From a bacterium (GTDB lineage Bacteria; Sysuimicrobiota; Sysuimicrobiia; Sysuimicrobiales; Kaftiobacteriaceae), in assembly GCA_044868695.1 (NCBI GenBank), contig JBIOWP010000141.1:1-25071 (forward strand): a DNA stretch of 25,071 nt, in the 5' to 3' direction. Positions within the stretch are counted from its first letter, which is position 1; each line of letters opens with the position of its first letter. A program made the position numbers and the translations under genes. A model generated the notes under the pieces. The model saw nothing but the letters and a program-made list of their open reading frames with translations, was not told where the DNA came from and did not search any database. Of this stretch, positions 19,826 through 25,071 are shown in pieces.

Positions 19826-20248
19826 TTACTTCGACTGAAGCGGCGGTGCGAGTTCGAACATCCGGTTCACCAGGGCGGCATGCTTACTGCGCTCGCCGAT
19901 CGCGATGTACGCTTCCGAAAGAACCAGCATCGCCGAGACGCCCGCGTTCAGCTGGACCGCGCGCTCGAGGGACGCCACCGCCCTCCCCCCATGCCCGCGC
20001 GCGTATGGCGCGAAGCCGAACTTGAAGAGCTTGAACGCGTGCAGGTACGCCACACCCAACCAGTAATGGGCGTCGGCGTCGTTCGCGTTTCTGGCAATTG
20101 CCTCAGTGTACGGGCGCATCGCAGCCGCAAATTCCTGCTCGGAGTACAGCCGCGTCGTATCGAACGCTGGCAGGGCAGCGGCGGCCGCCGCCGCTACGCC
20201 CACGGCCAGCCCGACCATCATCGCAGTCGCCGCAAGCATGCGTCCCAT
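19826..20248 (-). CDS. Exported small TPR-repeat protein
   Basis: Ala-rich signal peptide; TPR-like DADAHYWLGVAY and ASLERAVQLN. GGAGG 6 nt before ATG 20248 (alternative ATG 20266). Confidence 0.72.
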   Translation of the reverse strand: MGRMLAATAMMVGLAVGVAAAAAAALPAFDTTRLYSEQEFAAAMRPYTEAIARNANDADAHYWLGVAYLHAFKLFKFGFAPYARGHGGRAVASLERAVQLNAGVSAMLVLSEAYIAIGERSKHAALVNRMFELAPPLQSK

Positions 20249-20265
20249 CCCTCGCCTCCGCCGCA

Positions 20266-21942
20266 TCAATCCTTGAAGATCTGCGGGGTAATGAGGAAGA
20301 TCACCTCAGTCTCCCGCTGCTCGGTATTGGTTGACTTGAAGAGCTCACCCAGGATCGGGATATCGCCGAGGACCGGTACCTTGACCGTCGCCTCACGTTC
20401 CTCCCGGCTGATCAACCCGCCGAGCACGATCGTCTTCCCATCGAGCACCATCAACGTCGTCTCGGCGTTGCGCGTCGCGATGCGGAAGGCCTCGGTATTG
20501 TTGGGGCCGGTGACCAGCTCGCCCAAGGTGCTGACCTCAGGCTTCAACCCCATCGTGATTAGCCCATCGGCATTTACGCGGGGCGTGGTCTCAAGCCTCA
20601 CGCCCACGTCGACGTAGCTCACCGTCACCGTCGGCGATCCAGCCACCACCGTGGAGGTGAAGATCGGCACCCGCTCGCCCAGCAGGATCGTCGCCTTGTT
20701 GCCGTCCAGCGTGGCGACCCGGGGCGCGGTCATGACCCTGGCCCGCCCGTCAGTCACCAACGCCTGCAGGCGGAAGAGCATCAGGTCGGTGTCCTGAAGA
20801 ATGAAGCTGATCTGGTTCGCGACGCTGTCCAGGAAGACACTCCCAAACGCGTCTTCCCCGATGCCGCTGAACAAGCCCAGATCGCGCAGGACGCTGCTGC
20901 TGATCTCTACCACGTGTACCTGGATGACAATCTGCGGAATCTTGACGTCGAGTGACGCCAGGACTTTTGTCACTTCCTCATGCTGCGCAGACGTCCCCGT
21001 GATCAACAGCGCGTTGGTCCTTGGGTCTACGGCGACGCGGATTCCCGGAACAGCCGCGGCCACCGCCGCGCGGATCTGGTTGACGTCGCCGAACGCCAGC
21101 CGGTAGGAGATCGTCTCGGGGACCTCCGGCGGCGGCGCGAGCTTCTCGGCTGACCCCACGATGATGTTCTTGCCGAGCCGCCGGAACGCCAGCCCGTTGG
21201 CTTCCAATACGAACCGCAGCGACTCTTCGCAGGTGACGTCGAGCAGCCGCAGCGTGATCGTCCCCGTGACTGAGGAATCCGTGACCAGGTTGAACCCGCA
21301 CAACTTCGCCAGCGCGCTGAGGACGTCGGCCAGTGAGACACCGCGAAACTCCAGCAGGCGGATCAGCCCGGGACCCTGCGGCCCCCCGGGCACGGGCTGC
21401 TGGGCGGTCTTGACCAGTCCCGTGCCAGGCGCCGCGGAGACGGCCGGCACCATCGGCCCCTGGCGCGCCGGCACCGGAGCGCCCGCAGCCGCCCGCGCCT
21501 CGCCTTCGGTCACGGGCAGCAGCGGCACGCTGACGGCGAGGACGTTCGGCGCCGCGCGCTGGATGTCCACGGGCACCGCGCGCACCAGATCCACCACGAC
21601 CCGGGCGATGGCGGGCGAGTCCTGGAACTGGCCGACCCGAACGCGCAACACGTTCCCCTTCTTGACTTCCGTGGCCACGCGGATCCGGGTGTCGGCGACC
21701 GCGCCCAGGATGTCCACCGCGACCCGCGGGGGCAGCGGGGTGGCGATCTCAGTAATGTTGAACAGGATCTGGCCGGTCGCGACGATCCCAATCACCAGAC
21801 GGCCACCGAATTCCTTAACGGTGACCTGCGTCACCCGGATGGGACTCGCGAGCGCCGGCGCCGTCCCGATGGACGGCAGGGCGAGCAGCGCGGCCAGGAG
21901 TGGAATCAGGATGAGACGAAGGCGAGAAGTCCGCGAGAACAT
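20266..21942 (-). CDS. pilQ: Type IV pilus secretin with an N-terminal AMIN-like domain
   Basis: Signal peptide; AMIN-like VRVGQF...ARVVVDL; DPRTNALLI; secretin motifs APRVATLDG, DVGVRLETTP, KVPVLGDIPILGELF, IFLITP. Confidence 0.9.
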   Translation of the reverse strand: MFSRTSRLRLILIPLLAALLALPSIGTAPALASPIRVTQVTVKEFGGRLVIGIVATGQILFNITEIATPLPPRVAVDILGAVADTRIRVATEVKKGNVLRVRVGQFQDSPAIARVVVDLVRAVPVDIQRAAPNVLAVSVPLLPVTEGEARAAAGAPVPARQGPMVPAVSAAPGTGLVKTAQQPVPGGPQGPGLIRLLEFRGVSLADVLSALAKLCGFNLVTDSSVTGTITLRLLDVTCEESLRFVLEANGLAFRRLGKNIIVGSAEKLAPPPEVPETISYRLAFGDVNQIRAAVAAAVPGIRVAVDPRTNALLITGTSAQHEEVTKVLASLDVKIPQIVIQVHVVEISSSVLRDLGLFSGIGEDAFGSVFLDSVANQISFILQDTDLMLFRLQALVTDGRARVMTAPRVATLDGNKATILLGERVPIFTSTVVAGSPTVTVSYVDVGVRLETTPRVNADGLITMGLKPEVSTLGELVTGPNNTEAFRIATRNAETTLMVLDGKTIVLGGLISREEREATVKVPVLGDIPILGELFKSTNTEQRETEVIFLITPQIFKD

Positions 21943-21948
21943 GGTGTT

Positions 21949-22542
21949 CTATTCACCTCCCATGGCCACATCGAAGCGCCTGCCGGCCCGCAAGAATGTC
22001 ACGACGCGCCGGGTGGAATCAATCCGCAGCACACGCAGATCGCCAATAGTTTCACCGACCATCACAATCTCCGTGCGACCCCCGAGGTTGATCACGGCCA
22101 CGGACTTCGTATCGCCGACAATGCCGGTCACGGCAATCCCGGTTTCACCGCCGAACGGCACCTGCCCGGGCAGCGGCGGCGGCGGAAGCTGCCCCGGTCC
22201 CGGCGGGAATGGCGGAGGCGGCAGCGGCGCGCCCCCAGGCCCCGGCTGTGTCACCAGCGGGATGAACGGGTCCGGCCGGCCTGTCGGGCCCGGCGGCACG
22301 GCCGTCGACCGCGGCGCCTGAGGAGCCGCCGGAGCGGGGGTGGGTGCCGGAGCCGGCGCCGCAGCCCTGGGTGCCGGGGTCGCAGATGGCGGCGGGGCCG
22401 GCGCCCGCGTGGGTGCCGGGGGACCGCTGACGAGCCGGCTGACCACAAACCCGATCACGGCCACGGCCAGGATGATCACCCCATATCGGGCGACGGGGCT
22501 CTTCTGCATCACTTCGCGGACCCTGGCCAGCAGCGCGGGCAT
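21949..22542 (-). CDS. PilP-like proline-rich, membrane-anchored pilus assembly protein
   Basis: One TM helix, Pro/Ala linker, GRPDPFIPL, VTGIVG...VGETIG beta domain; lies between pilO and pilQ. Confidence 0.7.
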   Translation of the reverse strand: MPALLARVREVMQKSPVARYGVIILAVAVIGFVVSRLVSGPPAPTRAPAPPPSATPAPRAAAPAPAPTPAPAAPQAPRSTAVPPGPTGRPDPFIPLVTQPGPGGAPLPPPPFPPGPGQLPPPPLPGQVPFGGETGIAVTGIVGDTKSVAVINLGGRTEIVMVGETIGDLRVLRIDSTRRVVTFLRAGRRFDVAMGGE

Positions 22543-23180
22543 TACCGTGACCCCTTCGGCAGAACATACGTTTCCAAATCGACGACCACGGTCAGCTCCG
22601 GAAGCTTGCCGGGTGAGATGGCGAGGTTGCGAACCGCCACCATCCTCGGAAAGTCGTTCAGCGCGGACGTCAGCCGGACCAATGCCTCATAGGTCGCCTG
22701 GATGGTCAGAGAGATCGGAAACCGCAGATAGGTTGGGACTGCCCCCGGAGCGGGGGCCGGTGCGCCGGCCTGCGGCCGGGCGCCGGGCTGGGGCTGCGGT
22801 CGCGCCCCCCCTGGGGCCGGCGGCTGGCCGGGTCCCGCCTGCGGTACCTGCGGCTGCCCCGGGCGGATCGCCGCCATGCTGATCGCCAAAGACTTGGTGA
22901 GCCGCTCCAGCTGGACGAGCAGGGCCGGAGTCTCCTTCTCCGCCGGCAGCTTCGCTTCGATGTCGGCGATGAAGGCCGAGAGCCGGGCAAACTCCTCGCG
23001 CAGCCGCGTGATCTGCCGCGCCGTTGCCTCCATCCGGGCCAGGGTCTCCTGCTGCGTCTGCAACTGCGCCTGCAGGCGTTGGTATTCCGCCTGCCGCGGC
23101 CCATAGCCGTAGAAGTAGAAGAGCAGCAGCACGCCGATCGTCCCGACGACGATGAGGATCGTGCGCTCACGCCGCGTCAT
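22542..23180 (-). CDS. pilO: Type IV pilus assembly protein PilO
   Basis: RERTIL plus TM helix, coiled coil, LPAEKE, ATYEALVRL...FPRMV. Confidence 0.85.
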   Translation of the reverse strand: MTRRERTILIVVGTIGVLLLFYFYGYGPRQAEYQRLQAQLQTQQETLARMEATARQITRLREEFARLSAFIADIEAKLPAEKETPALLVQLERLTKSLAISMAAIRPGQPQVPQAGPGQPPAPGGARPQPQPGARPQAGAPAPAPGAVPTYLRFPISLTIQATYEALVRLTSALNDFPRMVAVRNLAISPGKLPELTVVVDLETYVLPKGSR

Positions 23181-23737
23181 CGGACGCCGGCCTCTTTCTG
23201 CGTCGGTGTCAGGTGCGCGTTCACGGAGAAGTTGATCACTTCCCGGCCGACCTGGGTCTGCTTTTGGCCGATGCTCAGGTCGGAGTCCTGAAAGAGGGCT
23301 GAGTTGTCCAGGTTGACCATGAACCTGGCCACGGCCTCATAGCTCATCCCGAACCCGTTGAAGGTCAAGTTCCCTTCGCCTTTCGCCTCGATCCGGATCA
23401 GCCAGACGTCGCTCGGCATGATCTTCCGCAGCTCATTCATCACCGTCTCCCAGGGGATGCGCAGGCTCTCCAGCTGCCGCAGCAGCTGCTCCTTGCGGCG
23501 GGCTTCGGTGATCTGGCGCTGGAGCGCCTCGACCTCGGCCACCTGGGGCTTGAGTTCTTCGATCCGCGCGTTGACCTCTTCGATCTGCGCCCGCACCCGG
23601 GCGTTGCGGATGTTGAGATACACCGTGGTCAAACCAACTGCGGCCAGCACGACGACAAGGGCCAGCGCCGCCAGCAGGCGGGGGGCAACGGCGGGCCGGC
23701 GGACCCGCTCCCGGGGGAGCAGGTTGATCTTGATCAT
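23177..23737 (-). CDS. pilN: Type IV pilus assembly protein PilN
   Basis: MIKINLLP motif, TM helix, coiled coil, PSDVWL; ATGA overlap with the pilM stop. Confidence 0.9.
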   Translation of the reverse strand: MIKINLLPRERVRRPAVAPRLLAALALVVVLAAVGLTTVYLNIRNARVRAQIEEVNARIEELKPQVAEVEALQRQITEARRKEQLLRQLESLRIPWETVMNELRKIMPSDVWLIRIEAKGEGNLTFNGFGMSYEAVARFMVNLDNSALFQDSDLSIGQKQTQVGREVINFSVNAHLTPTQKEAGVR

Positions 23738-24825
23738 CGCTCGACGGTCCCCCGCAGCGCTAAGCCTACCGCGGTGGCCATGGCGGGTCCGACCTGCTTG
23801 CGCTGGTCGGTGGGCACCACGCGCTCGCCGACCTCGCACTGCACGAAGGGATCTCCAACCACCGTCTCCACGCCCAGCTCTAGGGAGAGGAAGCGATCGA
23901 GGTTCGAGAGGCGGGCCGTTCCGCCGCTGAGCACGACGCGGCCGACCTTGCTCTCACGCCACCGTGTCTGGAAGTAGTCCATCGAGCGGCGGATCTCAGT
24001 CGCCAGGTCCCCGAGGATCGGCAGCATGGCGTCGTGCAGGGCCAGCACGGTGCGGTCCTCCGGCAGCGTCTCGCCCTCCAGCAGCACGATCCCTTTCTCT
24101 TCTTTGACCTGCGCCGCCGACGGGAACTCCATGTCCAGCCGGGTCGCGACCGCCTTGGTGAGGCTGTCTCCGCCGATGTTGATGTTGCGGGTCAACCGCA
24201 GCTGACCGCCTTCCGTGATGACGATGTCCGTGGTTTCCCCGCCCAGGTCGACGAACACGGTCGCGGCGCCGTCTGCGCCCGCGCGGGCCTGCGCGTCGAG
24301 GGCCCGGATGACCGCAAACGACTCCACGTCGAGGACAAACGGCTCCACGCCGGCCGCCTCGAGCGCCTGGACATGCTTGTCGACAATCTCGCGGCGGGCG
24401 GCGACCAGCAGGACGACGATCTTGCGCTGGTTTTCCTCGGTGGTTTCCCCGATGACGTCGAAGTCCATATTGACTTCTCGCACGCCGTAGGGAATGTACC
24501 GCTCGGCCTCGAACCGCGCGGCCTGCTTGAGCTCGTCTTCTGACATCGGGGGGAGCTTGAGTTCCCGGACGATGACGGCCTGCCCGCCCACCGCGGAGAC
24601 CACCCGCCCGGGTTTGATGCCGGCCTTCCCCAGGACCTGGCGGATAGCCAGCCCGAGCCCTTGAGGTTCCACGACGGCGCCCTCTTTCAGCGCGCCGGGC
24701 GGTGTCTCACCGGATGACGCGTGGATGACGCGGAACTTGCCGCCGGCGGGGGCGATCTCCACAGCCTTGATGGCGTGGCTGCCGATGTCCAGCCCGACGA
24801 AGCGTTTCGGCCCAAAGAGTGCCAT
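23734..24825 (-). CDS. pilM: Type IV pilus assembly protein PilM
   Basis: GLDIGSHAIK, RYIPY, LDVESFA, DLGGETT, IGGD, LSGGTA, AVGLALR; AAGGAGG RBS. Confidence 0.93.
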   Translation of the reverse strand: MALFGPKRFVGLDIGSHAIKAVEIAPAGGKFRVIHASSGETPPGALKEGAVVEPQGLGLAIRQVLGKAGIKPGRVVSAVGGQAVIVRELKLPPMSEDELKQAARFEAERYIPYGVREVNMDFDVIGETTEENQRKIVVLLVAARREIVDKHVQALEAAGVEPFVLDVESFAVIRALDAQARAGADGAATVFVDLGGETTDIVITEGGQLRLTRNINIGGDSLTKAVATRLDMEFPSAAQVKEEKGIVLLEGETLPEDRTVLALHDAMLPILGDLATEIRRSMDYFQTRWRESKVGRVVLSGGTARLSNLDRFLSLELGVETVVGDPFVQCEVGERVVPTDQRKQVGPAMATAVGLALRGTVER

Positions 24826-24968
24826 GAAGCCTCCTTCACGAACCTGCGTTTGGGCTCGCGCGCTAGGCTACTCTTCCCACAGCAGCCTATAATTCCTGCA
24901 AGCTTCCATGAAAGCGCCTTGGATTATCCTGCCCCGGCTCGCGTCATATCAGTCCTGCCCGATTGGCC

Positions 24969-25043
24969 GCCGGTCCCGGACGAACCGGCGTGAAAATCTT
25001 GCAGTTTGCGGTAGTGAAACTCGCCGGTTCGTGCGGGACCGGC
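24969..25043. repeat. 22-bp inverted repeat (21/22 match) with a 31-bp spacer
   Basis: GCCGGTCCCGGACGAACCGGCG (24969-24990) and CGCCGGTTCGTGCGGGACCGGC (25022-25043). Confidence 0.8.
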
Positions 25044-25052
25044 ACGGGCCGC

Positions 25053-25071
25053 AGGAGAGGCAGGGTGATCA
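25053..25071 (+). other. Possible RBS and GTG start (25065) of a divergent gene running off the window
   Basis: AGGAGAGG followed by CAGG GTG ATC; only 7 nt of the putative ORF are visible. Confidence 0.3.

Noticed and set aside
24826..25071. c-di-GMP riboswitch or sigma54 promoter upstream of pilM; TATAAT at 24888 on the + strand
   Set aside because: I could not find the riboswitch core motifs, the GG/GC spacing does not fit sigma54, and the TATAAT has no matching -35.

Overview
A high-GC bacterial chromosomal window, almost fully coding, with no rRNA, tRNA, CRISPR array or IS element that I can support. The + strand (1-4075) carries the end of an operon: two non-canonical SCP2-type thiolase-fold genes, both lacking the catalytic Cys and resembling the Ltp4/Ltp3 pair, two DUF35 Zn-ribbon/OB-fold genes and a DUF1444-like gene. 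The - strand (24825 down to 4036) starts with a type IV pilus block (pilM-N-O-P-Q, a TPR protein, and a FimT/GspH-like pilin that apparently starts at CTG) and a lower-GC secreted YVTN beta-propeller gene. A housekeeping run follows: Xaa-Pro peptidase, efp, nusB, acylphosphatase, ispA, tlyA, nadK, pyrG, ilvE, NUDIX, xerD, deoB, PNP, pdp and a 3-hydroxybutyryl-CoA dehydrogenase. A secretin plus Firmicutes/Actinobacteria-like gene order suggests a diderm Terrabacteria lineage (inference). Highlights: (1) EF-P whose PGKG loop is replaced by RAQR; (2) an attenuator-like leader between efp and nusB with a promoter, competing terminator pairings and a leaderless Pro-Pro uORF; (3) the Cys-less thiolase-pair/DUF35 module; (4) 7-bp tandem repeats at gene junctions; (5) a 22-bp inverted repeat upstream of pilM.
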